This document shows, one piece after another, positions 48,999 to 59,560 of a stretch of DNA of 64,000 nucleotides (position 1 is the first letter of the stretch; every line of letters starts with the position of its first letter). The DNA is taken from positions 211,939-275,938 of the forward strand of contig CAMTVD010000014.1 of assembly GCA_947085095.1 (NCBI GenBank), written 5' to 3'. Position numbers and translations under genes: made by a program. The notes beneath the pieces were generated by a model. That model made no database searches. It saw only the letters and a list, made by a program, of their open reading frames with translations, and had not been told where the DNA came from. Source of the DNA: an uncultured Thermus sp. GTDB taxonomy: Bacteria; Deinococcota; Deinococci; Deinococcales; Thermaceae.

Positions 48999-50225
48999 CT
49001 AAACCCAGCTCACCGCCCCGAAGGTGTCCTCCCGCCTGGGGCTGGTGGAGAAGAGGACCACGGGGATGCCGGTGTAGTCCTCAATGAGCTCCAGGTAGCG
49101 GAGGAGGCTTCCCGGCAGGTCCTCCCGACTCCTTACCCTAGAGAGGTCCCCCCAGCCCTCCATCTCCAGGTAGCGCACCGCCTCCGGCCTGGCCTCCCCG
49201 GGGCGGCTTCCGTCCAGGTACTCCACGGCCACCTTGACCCTCTCCAGGCCGGAAAGGACGTCCAGCTTGGTGAGGGCCAGGCCGTCAAACCCGTTCACCT
49301 CCGAGGCGTACCGGAGGGCCACCAGGTCCAGCCAGCCCACCCGGCGGGGCCTCCCCGTGGTGGTCCCGTACTCCCCGCCCTTTTCCCGCAGGTGGTGGGC
49401 CAGCTCCCCCTGGATCTCCGTGGGGAAGGGGCCTTCTCCCACCCGGGTGGCGTAGGCCTTGGCCACCCCGTAGACCTTGCTGATGGCCTTGTGGGAAAGC
49501 CCCGTGCCCACCAGGATCCCCCCCACGGTGGGGTGGGAGCTGGTCACGTAGGGGTAGGTGCCGTAGTTGAGGTCCAGAAGGGTGGCCTGGGCCCCCTCAA
49601 AGAGGAGGCGCTTGCCCTTCTTCACCGCCTCCCGGAGGAGGCTTCCCGTGTCGGCGATGTAGGGCTCGAGGATGGCCCGCATCCGCCCCAGGTCCTCCAG
49701 GGCCTTCTCCTCCGTGTCCCAGCCCGCCTCCCGGGTGGAGTTGGGCTTTTCAAAAAGGAGGCGGCGCACCCTCTCCCTCAGGACCTCCTCGTCCAAAAGG
49801 TCCCCGGCCCGGATCCCCACCCTTCTCGCCCGGTCGGAGTAGGCGGGGCCGATCCCCCTCCCCGTGGTGCCCACGAAGTTGTGGCGGCTTTCCACGTGCT
49901 TGTGGTGGGGGAGGACCAGGTGGGCCCTTTCCGAGACCAGGACCTGGGGATGGAAGCCCTCCTTCTTCAGGGCCAAGAGCTCCTCCTGGAAGCGGAAGGG
50001 GTCAATGACCATCCCGTCCGCCAGGACGTTGACCGCGTGGGGGTGGATGACCCCGGAGGGGAGGAGGTTCAGCTTGAAGACCCGCCCCTCGGCCACCACG
50101 GTGTGCCCGGCGTTGGCCCCGCCCTGGTAGCGGATCACGTAGTCCGCCTCCTGGGCCAGGGCGTCCACCACCTTGCCCTTGCCCTCGTCCCCCCACTGCG
50201 CTCCGATGATGGCGACTCCTGGCAT
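48999..50225 (-). CDS. purA: Adenylosuccinate synthetase
   Basis: GAQWGDEGKGK, GGANAGHT, GTT.RGIGP.Y, YPYVTSS, TTTGRPRR. Confidence 0.98.
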   Translation of the reverse strand: MPGVAIIGAQWGDEGKGKVVDALAQEADYVIRYQGGANAGHTVVAEGRVFKLNLLPSGVIHPHAVNVLADGMVIDPFRFQEELLALKKEGFHPQVLVSERAHLVLPHHKHVESRHNFVGTTGRGIGPAYSDRARRVGIRAGDLLDEEVLRERVRRLLFEKPNSTREAGWDTEEKALEDLGRMRAILEPYIADTGSLLREAVKKGKRLLFEGAQATLLDLNYGTYPYVTSSHPTVGGILVGTGLSHKAISKVYGVAKAYATRVGEGPFPTEIQGELAHHLREKGGEYGTTTGRPRRVGWLDLVALRYASEVNGFDGLALTKLDVLSGLERVKVAVEYLDGSRPGEARPEAVRYLEMEGWGDLSRVRSREDLPGSLLRYLELIEDYTGIPVVLFSTSPRREDTFGAVSWV

Positions 50226-50235
50226 CCCCTTTAGC

Positions 50236-50904
50236 TTACGCCAGCCTGAAGGGGTTGAAGTCCGTGTCCCGGTCGTAGGTGTCCACGCCCTCGGCCCGCT
50301 TCAGGAAGCCCACCACCCCGTAGGTGGCGGGCAGCATCAGGGCCTCCACCCCCACCTTGAAGGCGTAGTTGGAGAGGAAGACGAGGAGGAGAACCTCCGT
50401 GGGCAAGACTCCGTAGAAGGCCACCAGGAGGAAGATGGCGGTGTCCAGCCCCTGGCCCACCAGGGTGGAGGCCATGGCCCTAAGCCAGAAGAAGCGCCCC
50501 TCGGTGCGCACCTTGAGCCGGGCCAGGACGTAGGCGTTGGCGAACTCGCCCACAAAGTAAGCGAGGAGGCTTCCCAGGACGATCCTGGGGGTGAGGCCCA
50601 GGAGGAGGCCGAAGGCCTCGGCGAAGCGCCCGCTTTCCGGGTCCTTAGGGGCGGGGAGGGCGGCCACCGCTTGGAAGGTGAGGGTGGCGAGGAGGAGGGC
50701 GAGAAAGCCTATCCAGATGACCCTACGGCTTTTCCGGTAGCCGTAGACCTCGGTGAGCACGTCCCCGAAGATGTAGGCCAGGGGGAAGAGAAGGGTCCCC
50801 CCGTCAAAGGTGAAGGGGCCCAGGACCACCAGCTTGGTGGAGGCCACGTTGGAGACCAAAAGCACCGTGGCGAAGAGGGCGGTGATGAGGTCCAGGTGCT
50901 TCAT
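50236..50904 (-). CDS. Queuosine precursor transporter (YhhQ/VUT family)
   Basis: SN..STK, FP..Y...D.LTEVYG, RI..GSL.AY, WLR..AST..GQ..DT..F. Confidence 0.88.
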   Translation of the reverse strand: MKHLDLITALFATVLLVSNVASTKLVVLGPFTFDGGTLLFPLAYIFGDVLTEVYGYRKSRRVIWIGFLALLLATLTFQAVAALPAPKDPESGRFAEAFGLLLGLTPRIVLGSLLAYFVGEFANAYVLARLKVRTEGRFFWLRAMASTLVGQGLDTAIFLLVAFYGVLPTEVLLLVFLSNYAFKVGVEALMLPATYGVVGFLKRAEGVDTYDRDTDFNPFRLA

Positions 50905-51446
50905 TCCTCCCCCGGCTGAATGGAGGTGATGAAGGGGAGGTTGCGGTCAAACTGGGCCCGGTCCAGGCCGTAGCCGTAGACGTAGGCGTCCGCGATCTCA
51001 AAGCCCAGGTAGTGGATGGGGACCTCCACCTGGCGCCGGGCGGGTTTGGAAAGGAGGGCGGCCACCCTGATGGAGGCGGGCTTCCTGGCCTCCAGGTAGT
51101 CCAGGAGGTAGGCCAGGGTGAGGCCGGTGTCCACGATGTCCTCCACCACGATCACGTCCCGGCCGTGGATGGGAAGCCTGAGGTCCTTGATGAGCTCCAC
51201 CTCCCCGCTGGTCTTGTAGGCGTTGCCGTAGGAACTGATGGAGATGAAGTCCAGGGTGAGGGGCAGGGGGATGGCCCGCACCAGGTCGGCCATGAAGACG
51301 AAGGCCCCGTTCAAGACGCAGATGAGGTGGGGGCTCTTCCCCTGGTAGTCCCGGGCGATGGCCTCTCCCAACTCGGCCACCCTCCGTTGGATGGCCTCGG
51401 CGCTGATCTGCACGGGTCCGTTCCCCGCGGTAAACATGCCCTTCAT
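50901..51446 (-). CDS. hpt: Hypoxanthine phosphoribosyltransferase
   Basis: VLNGAF.F.ADL, VIVVEDIVDTGLT, YGYGLD...RNLP. Confidence 0.96.
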   Translation of the reverse strand: MKGMFTAGNGPVQISAEAIQRRVAELGEAIARDYQGKSPHLICVLNGAFVFMADLVRAIPLPLTLDFISISSYGNAYKTSGEVELIKDLRLPIHGRDVIVVEDIVDTGLTLAYLLDYLEARKPASIRVAALLSKPARRQVEVPIHYLGFEIADAYVYGYGLDRAQFDRNLPFITSIQPGEE

Positions 51447-52150
51447 TCTACTTGGGTTTCCCTGAGGAGGGCCGCCACCTCCTCCTCAGAAAGCCTGCGC
51501 CACTTCCCTGGGGGCAGGTTCCCCAGGCGGATGGGCCCCACCTGGAGGCGGAGGAGCCTTTTCACCGGGTAGCCCACTGCTTTCAGCATCCTGCGCACCT
51601 CCCGCTTCCGCCCTTCCCCCAGGGTGAGGATCGCCCCCCCGGGAGCGGGCCGGCAGGCCAGGGCCCGGGCCGGGCCGTCCTCGAGGACCACCCCTTCCAC
51701 AAGCCTGCGGCAGAGGGCCTGAGGCAGGGTCCCCCTCTCCGTCCAGACCCGGTAGACCTTCCGCACCCCGTACCGGGGGTGGGTGAGGCGGAAGGAGAGG
51801 TCCCCTTCGTTGGTGAAGAGGAGCAGGCCCTCCGAGTCCCGGTCCAGCCGCCCCACCGGATGGAGGCCGGGGATCTCGGGGAGGAGTTCATAGACGGTCT
51901 TCTCCGCATGGGGATCGGAGCGGGTGGTGGTGTAGCCCCGGGGCTTGTGCAGGGCCAGGACCACCCGCTTTTGGGGAAGCTCCACCCGCCTTCCCGCCAC
52001 CTCCACCAGGTCCCCTGGCCCCACCCTCTGCCCCAGGTGGGCCACCTGGCCGTTCACCCGCACCAGGCCCTTGAGGATCAGCTCCTCCGCTTTCCTGCGG
52101 CTCGCCACCCCGGCCCGGGCCAGGAAGGCTTGGAGGCGCATGGGCTTCAT
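51443..52150 (-). CDS. rRNA pseudouridine synthase (RsuA/RluB family)
   Basis: S4 domain RL..FLA.AGVASRR, GRLDRDSEGL, EGRKREVRRM. Confidence 0.93.
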   Translation of the reverse strand: MKPMRLQAFLARAGVASRRKAEELILKGLVRVNGQVAHLGQRVGPGDLVEVAGRRVELPQKRVVLALHKPRGYTTTRSDPHAEKTVYELLPEIPGLHPVGRLDRDSEGLLLFTNEGDLSFRLTHPRYGVRKVYRVWTERGTLPQALCRRLVEGVVLEDGPARALACRPAPGGAILTLGEGRKREVRRMLKAVGYPVKRLLRLQVGPIRLGNLPPGKWRRLSEEEVAALLRETQVE

Positions 52151-52935
52151 GGGAACTCAGGGGGGCGCCTTTCCTTCAGGGCCTTCAGGCCCTCCTCCAG
52201 CTCCTTCCCCGAGAAACCCAGGAACTCCAGGGCCAAGGAGAGTTCAAACTGGGGGAGGAAGGCGCGGAGCCAGTGGTTCAGGGCCCGCTTGGTGTGGCTC
52301 AGGGCCTCCTTGGGGCCTTGGGCCAGCTTTTCCGCCACCTCGAGGGCCCTCCCGTACACCTCCCCCTCCTCCACCGCCAAGGCCACCAGGCCCAGGCGCT
52401 CCGCCTCCTCCCCCGTGAGGGGCTCGTTCAGGAAGAGGTGGTACTTGGCCTTGGCCATGCCCACCAGAAGGGGCCAGAGGAGGACGGCGTGGTCCCCCGC
52501 CGCCACCCCCAGGCGCAGGTGGCCGTCCAAGAGCCTGGCCTTTTTGCCCACCACCGCCACGTCCGCCGCCAGGGCCAGGGCGAGCCCCGCCCCCACCGCC
52601 ACCCCCTCCACCGCCGCCACCACGGGTCTGGGGAAGTCTAGAGGCCCCAGGACCAGGTCCCGCGCCTCCCGGTAAACCCGCATCAGGGCCTCGGGGGAGG
52701 AGCGCATCTCCTCAATGAGGGCGAAGGAGCCCCCGGCGGAGAAGACCCCGCCCTCTCCCCTGAGGAGCACGGCCCGGATCCCCTCCACCTCCTCGAGGTC
52801 CCGCCACACCCGGGAGAGGGCCCGGTGGGTCTCGGGGCCCATGGCGTTCAGCTTCTCCCCCCTGAAGGCGATCTCCAGCACCCCGGGCCGGGGCCAGGCG
52901 AAGCCCAGGCTGGGGTAAAGGCTTTGGAGCTCCAC
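52147..52935 (-). CDS. Enoyl-CoA hydratase/isomerase
   Basis: FSAGG, P.VAAVEG.AVGAG..LAL.AD, GEEAERLGLV. Confidence 0.92.
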   Translation of the reverse strand: MELQSLYPSLGFAWPRPGVLEIAFRGEKLNAMGPETHRALSRVWRDLEEVEGIRAVLLRGEGGVFSAGGSFALIEEMRSSPEALMRVYREARDLVLGPLDFPRPVVAAVEGVAVGAGLALALAADVAVVGKKARLLDGHLRLGVAAGDHAVLLWPLLVGMAKAKYHLFLNEPLTGEEAERLGLVALAVEEGEVYGRALEVAEKLAQGPKEALSHTKRALNHWLRAFLPQFELSLALEFLGFSGKELEEGLKALKERRPPEFP

Positions 52936-52971
52936 CCCCTCATTCTAGGGGGGTGATAGAATCCCTGAGGC

Positions 52972-53910
52972 ATGGCCCTCTACGCGGTGGACAAGCCCCT
53001 CCACCTCACCTCCCATGACGCGGTGGACGAGGCCAGGAAGCGCCTAGGCACCCGCCGGGTGGGGCACACCGGCACCCTGGACCCCCTGGCCACGGGCCTC
53101 CTCCTCCTGGTCTCCGAGGAGAGCACCAAGCTGGTGCCTTTCCTCTCCGGGGAGGAGAAGGAGTACATCGCCTGGGTGTCCTTCGGGGCCACCACCCCCA
53201 CTTTGGATGCGGAAGGGCCCATCAGTGAGGAGGCCCCGGTGCGCTTTGACCGCAAGGACCTCGAGGCCGCCCTCCCTGGCTTCCTGGAGGTGAAGGAGCA
53301 GATCCCCCCCCTCTACTCCGCCATCAAGGTGGGGGGAAAGCGGGCCTACGAGGCCGCCCGGGAGGGGAAGCCCCTGGAGCTCGGGCCCAGGCCCGCCAAA
53401 TACCTGGAGGTGGAGCTTCTGGCCCTGGACCCCGAGCCCACCCCCCACCCCATCGCCCCTTCCGCCAAGGGGTGGCGCCTGGCGGAAAAGGGGGGGCGGA
53501 AAGTGGAGCTTCCCCCGCCCCTGGGGCCCTACCCCACCGCCGTCATCCGTCTGGTGGTGGGGCCTGGAACCTACGTGCGGGCCTTCGCCCGGGACCTGGG
53601 GGAGCGGCTAAAGACCAAGGCCTTCCTCTCCGGCCTGGTGCGTACCCGCATCGGCAAGGTGGGGCTGGAGCGGGCGGTGCGGCTTGCCGAGCTCTCCCCG
53701 GAAAAGGCCATCCCCGAGGTGGACGTCCTGCCCTTTCCCGTGGTGGAGCTCTCCCACACCGAGGCCAGGAGGGTTCTGGAGGGCGTTCCCCTCCCCATCC
53801 CCGCCCTGGGCTACGTGACCCTGGTAGACTCCCGCAGGCGGCTTCTGGCCATCGCCGAGGGGGATGGGTTCAAGCTGAAGATCAAAAGGGTGTTTGTAAA
53901 GGAGGCTTAG
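52972..53910 (+). CDS. truB: tRNA pseudouridine(55) synthase
   Basis: DKP...[30 protein letters not shown]. Confidence 0.96.
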   Translation: MALYAVDKPLHLTSHDAVDEARKRLGTRRVGHTGTLDPLATGLLLLVSEESTKLVPFLSGEEKEYIAWVSFGATTPTLDAEGPISEEAPVRFDRKDLEAALPGFLEVKEQIPPLYSAIKVGGKRAYEAAREGKPLELGPRPAKYLEVELLALDPEPTPHPIAPSAKGWRLAEKGGRKVELPPPLGPYPTAVIRLVVGPGTYVRAFARDLGERLKTKAFLSGLVRTRIGKVGLERAVRLAELSPEKAIPEVDVLPFPVVELSHTEARRVLEGVPLPIPALGYVTLVDSRRRLLAIAEGDGFKLKIKRVFVKEA

Positions 53911-53911
53911 T

Positions 53912-55021
53912 ATGGTGATCGGCGTACCCAAGGAGATCAAGACCCTGGAGAACCGGGTGGCCCTCACCCCCGGGGGCGCGGAGAGCCTGGTTCGCAGGGG
54001 CCACACCGTCTTGGTGGAACGGGGGGCAGGTCTGGGCTCGGGCCTCACCGATGCCGAGTACGAGCGGGCGGGAGCCGTCCTGGTGAGCCGGGAAGAGGCC
54101 TGGGGGGCGGAGATGGTGGTGAAGGTGAAGGAGCCCCTGCCCGAGGAGTACCGCTTCCTGCGGGAGGGCCTCATCCTCTTCACCTACCTCCACCTGGCCG
54201 CAGACCGCGCCCTCACCGAGGCCATGCTGAAAAGCGGGGTCACCGGCATCGCCTACGAGACCGTCCAGCTCCAAGACGGCTCCCTGCCCCTCCTCATCCC
54301 CATGAGCGAGGTGGCGGGGCGCATGGCCCCCCAGGTGGGGGCCCAGTTCCTGGAGAAGCCCAAGGGGGGGCGGGGGGTCCTCCTCGGGGGGGTGCCGGGG
54401 GTGGCTCCGGCCAGCGTGGTCATCCTGGGGGGCGGCACCGTGGGCACCAACGCCGCCAAGATCGCCCTGGGGATGGGGGCCCAGGTGACCATCCTGGACG
54501 TGAACCACAAGCGCCTGCAGTACCTGGACGACATCTTCGGGGGGCGGGTGGTCACCCTCACCGCCACCGAGGCCAACATCAAAAGGAGCATCAGCCACGC
54601 GGACCTCCTCATCGGGGCGGTGCTGGTCCCCGGGGCCAAGGCCCCCAAGCTGGTGACCCGGGAGATGCTCCCCCTCATGAAGGAGGGTTCGGTGATCGTG
54701 GACGTGGCCGTGGACCAGGGGGGGTGTGTGGAGACCATCCGCCCCACCACCCACGCCGAGCCCACCTACGTGGTGGAGGGGGTGGTCCACTACGGGGTGG
54801 CCAACATGCCGGGGGCGGTGCCCCGCACCTCCACCTTCGCCCTCACCAACCAGACCCTGCCCTACGCTCTCAGGCTGGCGGAGAGGGGGCTGGAGGCCCT
54901 CTTGCAGGATGAGGCCCTGTTGAAAGGCCTCAACACCCACAAGGGCCTCCTCACCCACCCCGGGGTGGCCGAGGCCTTCGGCCTTGCCTATACTCCCCCT
55001 GAGGAAGCCCTGAGGAGGTAA
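53912..55021 (+). CDS. ald: Alanine dehydrogenase
   Basis: [53 protein letters not shown]. Confidence 0.97.
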   Translation: MVIGVPKEIKTLENRVALTPGGAESLVRRGHTVLVERGAGLGSGLTDAEYERAGAVLVSREEAWGAEMVVKVKEPLPEEYRFLREGLILFTYLHLAADRALTEAMLKSGVTGIAYETVQLQDGSLPLLIPMSEVAGRMAPQVGAQFLEKPKGGRGVLLGGVPGVAPASVVILGGGTVGTNAAKIALGMGAQVTILDVNHKRLQYLDDIFGGRVVTLTATEANIKRSISHADLLIGAVLVPGAKAPKLVTREMLPLMKEGSVIVDVAVDQGGCVETIRPTTHAEPTYVVEGVVHYGVANMPGAVPRTSTFALTNQTLPYALRLAERGLEALLQDEALLKGLNTHKGLLTHPGVAEAFGLAYTPPEEALRR

Positions 55022-55022
55022 G

Positions 55023-55364
55023 ATGTCGGGACGCGTGACGATCACGGAAAACGCCCTGGCGGCCCTTCTGGCTTTGGCGGCCCACGAGGTGCCGGGGGTG
55101 GTGGGCATGGCCCCCGCGGGGCTGAAGGACCAGGTGGTGCGCATCCTGGGGCGGCAGGAGGCCAGCGAAGGGGTGGTGGTCCGCCCCGACCCCGCGGCCC
55201 CCGGGAAGTACCAGGCGGACTTCTACGTGGTGGTGGCCGTGGGGTCCCGCATCCCCACGGTGGTGGAGTCCTTGGCTGAGCGGGTGGGCTTCGCCGCCAA
55301 GAAGCTGGCGGGGGTGGAGCTCTCCCAGGTGCGGGTGCACGTGGTGGGGGTGGGGCGTGGCTAG
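55023..55364 (+). CDS. Asp23/Gls24-family protein
   Basis: G.V.I.E.A.A...A.EVPGVVGM; V.VHV.GV; upstream of a DAK2 gene. Confidence 0.88.
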   Translation: MSGRVTITENALAALLALAAHEVPGVVGMAPAGLKDQVVRILGRQEASEGVVVRPDPAAPGKYQADFYVVVAVGSRIPTVVESLAERVGFAAKKLAGVELSQVRVHVVGVGRG

Positions 55365-56922
55365 CTGGGCCCCGGAGGAGGTGGCGGAGGCCTTCCGCTA
55401 CGCCACGGACTGGTTCGCCGTCTACGTGGAGGAACTCAACGCCCTGAACGTCTACCCCGTCCCCGACGGGGATACGGGGACCAACATGCACCTCACTCTC
55501 CAGTCCGCCCGGCGGGAGCTGGACCTGGCGGATACCTCCAAGATGGCGGAGGTGGCCCGGGCCATCGCCTACGGGAGCCTGCTCGGAGCCCGCGGGAATA
55601 GCGGGGTCATACTTTCCCAGATCCTCAAGGGCTTTTCTGAGGCCATCCGCAAGAAGGAGGTGCTGGATGCCAAGACCCTGGCCGAGGCCCTGCGCCTGGG
55701 GGCGGAGACGGGCTACCGGGCGGTCATGCGCCCCGTGGAGGGTACCATCCTCACCGTGGCCAGGGCGGCGGGGGAGGGGGCCAGGGGAGAGACCCTCGAG
55801 GCCGTTCTGGAGAACGCCCTAGGGGCGGCCCGGGAGGCCTTGGAAAAGACCCCGGAGCTCCTTCCCGTCCTCAAGCAGGCCGGGGTGGTGGACGCGGGGG
55901 GCGCGGGGTATGTACGCTTTTTGGAAGGTATCCAGGGCCATGCCCTTAGGCTTCCCCTGCCCGAGCCCCCCAAGGTGGAGCGGTACGCCCAGACCGCCTT
56001 CGCCACCGAGGAGTTCGGCTACTGCACGGAGTTCCTCATGGAGGGGGTGGAGGTGCCCATAGAGAAGGTTCGCGAGGCCGTGGCCCCCTTCGGGGACTCC
56101 CTCCTGGTGGTGGGGGCCGAGGGGTACGTGAAGGGGCACATCCACACGGACGACCCCGACGGTCTCCTTGCCACCGTGGCCCGCTTTGGCCGCATGGTGC
56201 GCACCAAGGTGGAGGACATGACCGAGCAGCACACGGAGATCCTGGCCATGGCGGGGCTTCTGGAGGAGAACCCTCCTCCCACGGGCCTGGTGGCGGTGGC
56301 CCTGGGGCACGGGCCCACCCGGGCTTTCCGCAGCCTGGGGGCCCGGGTGGTGGCGGGGGGACAGACGCAAAACCCCAGCGTGGAGGACCTGCTTTCCGCC
56401 ATCAGGAGCGTGGCCAGCCCCAAGGTGATCCTCCTGCCCAACAACCCCAACGTCTTCCTGGCGGCGGAAAGGGCGGCGGAGCTCGCTAAGGAGCTAGGCA
56501 AAGAGGTGTATGTGCTCAAGACCCGCACCCTGGGCCAGGGCCTGGCGGCGGCCGTGCGCTACTTTCCCGAGGTGGAAGCGGAGGAGCTTCTTCCGGAGAT
56601 GGAGGAAGCCATGAAGGGGGCGGTGACCCTCGAGGTCACCTGGGCCAGCCGGGACGCCGAGGTGGATGGGGTCAAGGTCCTGAAGGATAAGCCCATCGGG
56701 CTTCTGGATGGCAGGCTGGTCCTCATGGGGGAAACCCCCGAGGAGGTGCTGGAGGGCCTTATCCGCCTGGCCGGGGAAGGTAAGGAGATCCTCACCCTTT
56801 TCCTGGGTCCCAACACCCCCAAGGAAAAGGCCGAGGAAGTGGCCAGGAAGTTCCCGGGGCTCGTGGTGGAGATCCTTCCCGGCGGGCCCGAGCTCTACGC
56901 CTACCTGGGGGTTTTGGAGTAG
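55357..56922 (+). CDS. DAK2-domain protein (fatty-acid kinase FakA/YloV-like)
   Basis: LNVYPVPDGDTGTNM, GARGNSGVILSQ, GVVDAGG, YCTEF, GGQTQNPS. Confidence 0.93.
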   Translation: MASWAPEEVAEAFRYATDWFAVYVEELNALNVYPVPDGDTGTNMHLTLQSARRELDLADTSKMAEVARAIAYGSLLGARGNSGVILSQILKGFSEAIRKKEVLDAKTLAEALRLGAETGYRAVMRPVEGTILTVARAAGEGARGETLEAVLENALGAAREALEKTPELLPVLKQAGVVDAGGAGYVRFLEGIQGHALRLPLPEPPKVERYAQTAFATEEFGYCTEFLMEGVEVPIEKVREAVAPFGDSLLVVGAEGYVKGHIHTDDPDGLLATVARFGRMVRTKVEDMTEQHTEILAMAGLLEENPPPTGLVAVALGHGPTRAFRSLGARVVAGGQTQNPSVEDLLSAIRSVASPKVILLPNNPNVFLAAERAAELAKELGKEVYVLKTRTLGQGLAAAVRYFPEVEAEELLPEMEEAMKGAVTLEVTWASRDAEVDGVKVLKDKPIGLLDGRLVLMGETPEEVLEGLIRLAGEGKEILTLFLGPNTPKEKAEEVARKFPGLVVEILPGGPELYAYLGVLE

Positions 56923-56984
56923 CCTAAAGAAAGCCTAAGCTCCTTCCCCCTTTCCCTAGGTATCCTTAAGGAGAAGGGGGATTT

Positions 56985-57803
56985 ATGTGGTGGGATAGGC
57001 CAGGAATAGCCAGGGGTTTTCTTGCCGGCCTTGTGGCCTTGGTGCTTACGGCCTGTAACCTGCAAGGCGCTCCACCGGTGAGCGGGGACCTGCCCGTAGG
57101 AGGGGATGTCATTGCCCAACTTCCCCCTGCCCAGGAAAGCGGTGGGGAGCTCCGCCCCGGGGTGAGGGTGTACCGTATCGTTCTTCCTCAGGATGGGGCG
57201 GTGCGGGTAAGTGCGGTTTCCGCCTATCTCCAACTAAGGGCCCGGCTTCGCCTGGTGCTTTTGGACCAACAGGGGGTGGTGCAGGCGGTGAGCGTGGCCC
57301 GGAACTGGTTTGCCGCCAGGCAGGAGCTTGCGCCCCTTTCCTTACGGCCCCAGATCACCACCGACCTCGGGTACCGCCTGAACTTTAAGGGCCAGGAAGG
57401 CCAGGTCTTTTACCTAAGGGTGGAAAACTACGCCTTAAGCGAGGACCAGGTGACCCTGTACGCCGACGCCTTTACCCCCAACCCTGCAGGAAACGGGGAA
57501 GCCTTCACCACCGGGACCAAGCAGGGGGCCATAGAGTTCGTGGGCGAGTTTGACCGCTATGACGTGGCCTCGGCCACGGGGTACCTGCGCCTTACCTACT
57601 CCGGTCCCTTGGACCTGGTGGCCCGCCTCTACCTTTCCCCCGCAGACCCCAACCCCCTGACCTTGGATCCCGTGATGAATTGCGCCCAGATCAGCCCAGC
57701 CACCCTTCTCGTGGTGCGTGACCGGGGTCTGGCCCGGGCCGGGTTTGACGAGGAGAATAGCGGGCGGTACAGCCTGGAGATCTCCTCTAACCCCTGTCCC
57801 TAA
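56985..57803 (+). CDS. Uncharacterised lipoprotein
   Basis: Lipobox LTAC; beta-sandwich-like segments (GAIEFVGEFDRY); RBS present. Confidence 0.7.
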   Translation: MWWDRPGIARGFLAGLVALVLTACNLQGAPPVSGDLPVGGDVIAQLPPAQESGGELRPGVRVYRIVLPQDGAVRVSAVSAYLQLRARLRLVLLDQQGVVQAVSVARNWFAARQELAPLSLRPQITTDLGYRLNFKGQEGQVFYLRVENYALSEDQVTLYADAFTPNPAGNGEAFTTGTKQGAIEFVGEFDRYDVASATGYLRLTYSGPLDLVARLYLSPADPNPLTLDPVMNCAQISPATLLVVRDRGLARAGFDEENSGRYSLEISSNPCP

Positions 57804-58000
57804 GCCCTTGAGGGATAACTGAGGGAGGACTAAAGGGAGCTAAGCATTTTCTCATGCTTCTTCTTGCCAGAGCGCCCCTTAGAGTGGGGAAATCTGAGTT
57901 TTTGTAAACGTTCTAATAGGCTTGGGGGGTAGCCAGGATGAGGCTACCCCCTCATCCTTCTCAGGAAGCTCCAGGATTGACCCGCATACTCAAGGGCGCT

Positions 58001-58429
58001 ATGCGGGGTTTGCTGATCTTGCTCTTCTCCGCCCTGGCCGTTGCCGGGGCCTGGGCCCAGATGGCGGGCCAGAAGACCATGGTCCTCGAGGCCACCGCCT
58101 ACACCTCCAGCGTGCGGGAGACCGACTCCACCCCCTTCATCACCGCCACGGGGATGCGCACCCGCCTGGGGGTCCTGGCGGTGAGCCCAGACCTTCTGAA
58201 GGTCCTCCCCTACGGTACCAAGGTGCGTCTAAGGGACCTGGGGTCCGTCCAGGGGCGGGGTAAGGGGCAGTTCAGCTACCTCTTTGAGGGGCGGGTCTTC
58301 GTGGTGGCCGACGTCATGAACCCCAGGATGCGGCAGAAGCTGGACGTCTGGCTCCCCGACCGGGCCACCGCCTTGCGCTTTGGCCGCCGCATGGTGGAGC
58401 TGGAAGTGGTGGAGTACCCCAGGCGCTGA
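58001..58429 (+). CDS. 3D-domain (MltA-like) secreted cell-wall protein
   Basis: Signal peptide; ATAYTS, ITATG, AVSPD, LPYGTKV, AD...LDVW...FGR. Confidence 0.85.
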   Translation: MRGLLILLFSALAVAGAWAQMAGQKTMVLEATAYTSSVRETDSTPFITATGMRTRLGVLAVSPDLLKVLPYGTKVRLRDLGSVQGRGKGQFSYLFEGRVFVVADVMNPRMRQKLDVWLPDRATALRFGRRMVELEVVEYPRR

Positions 58430-58444
58430 ACGTATCCTTAGGGC

Positions 58445-59560
58445 GTGCGCTTCGCCCTTTTCCTGGCCCTGGCCCACCTGAAGCGGCGGCCCCTGCAGAC
58501 GGGCCTGGCCCTCTTGGGCATCGGGGTGGGGGTGGCCGTGCTCCTGGCCGCCCTTTCCCTCACCAACGGCTTCACCGGGGGTCTGGTGCGGGCCACCCTC
58601 AAGGCCTACCCCCATCTGGTCCTCTTCAGCTTCGGCGAGGAACTTCCACCCCTCCCCCCCCACCCCGAGGTGGAGCAAAGCGCCCCCTTCGCCGCCACCA
58701 AGGCCCTCCTCATCCGCCCGGCGGAAGGGGCGCGGGGGGCGGGGGTGGACTTCGCCACCCTGGTGGGCCTGGGGGAGGGAGGGGAGGCCCTTTACCCGGA
58801 GCTCGGCCTAAGGCTGGAGCCCGGGGGCATCTACCTGGGCTCGGCCCTGGTCCAGACCCTGGGGGTGTACCCCGGGGATACCCTCGTTGCCCTCTCCGCC
58901 ACCCAGGAGCGGGTGAGGCTTCGGGTTCTGGGCTCCTTCCGCACGGGGAACTTCCTCCTGGACTCGGGCTACGCCTTCGTGGACCTGAAGACCGTGGAGG
59001 TCCTCTCGGGGGTTCGGGCCCAGGGCTACCAGGTGCGCCTGAAGGACCCCTGGCGGGCCAAGGAAGTGGGGGAGGCCCTGGCGGGAAAGCGCTTCTTCCC
59101 CCAGGCCTGGCAGGACACCCAGCGCACCCTTCTGGAGCAGCTTTCCCTGCAGAAGAGGGTCCTCGGCATCCTCATCTTCCTGATCGTGGCCGTGGCCGCT
59201 TTGGGGGTGGCCAACCTCCTGGTGCTGAAGGTGGTGGAGAAGACCCCGGAGATCGCCCTCCTCCGGGCCATGGGGGCCTCGAGGCTCACCGTGGGCCTGG
59301 TCTTTGCCCTCGAGGGGGTGGTCTTGGGCCTTTTGGGGGTGGCCCTGGGCAACCTCCTGGGCTACCTCCTTGGCCTCTACCTATCCCTCAGGCCTGTGGG
59401 CCTGCCGGGAGAGCTCTACTTCCTCACCCACCTCCCCGTGGAGATGCGCCTTGCCGACTTCCTCCAGGTAAGCGCGGCGAGCCTTCTCGCCACATTTCTG
59501 GCCTCCCTCCTTCCCCTGGTCCGCGCCCTGAGGGTGCGGCCCGGGGTGGTCCTACGGTAG
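58445..59560 (+). CDS. LolC/E-FtsX-like ABC transporter permease
   Basis: GI.VGVA.L...LS..NGF, LIVAVAA, EK..EIA.LRAMGA. Confidence 0.88.
   Translation: MRFALFLALAHLKRRPLQTGLALLGIGVGVAVLLAALSLTNGFTGGLVRATLKAYPHLVLFSFGEELPPLPPHPEVEQSAPFAATKALLIRPAEGARGAGVDFATLVGLGEGGEALYPELGLRLEPGGIYLGSALVQTLGVYPGDTLVALSATQERVRLRVLGSFRTGNFLLDSGYAFVDLKTVEVLSGVRAQGYQVRLKDPWRAKEVGEALAGKRFFPQAWQDTQRTLLEQLSLQKRVLGILIFLIVAVAALGVANLLVLKVVEKTPEIALLRAMGASRLTVGLVFALEGVVLGLLGVALGNLLGYLLGLYLSLRPVGLPGELYFLTHLPVEMRLADFLQVSAASLLATFLASLLPLVRALRVRPGVVLR

Noticed and set aside
50890..50960. preQ1 riboswitch upstream of the queuosine precursor transporter
   Set aside because: The gene start overlaps the hpt stop, leaving no leader, and I saw no matching motif.
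57804..58000. c-di-AMP (ydaO) riboswitch upstream of the 3D-domain gene
   Set aside because: The conserved ydaO sequence blocks were not recognisable by eye; an Rfam/Infernal scan would settle it.
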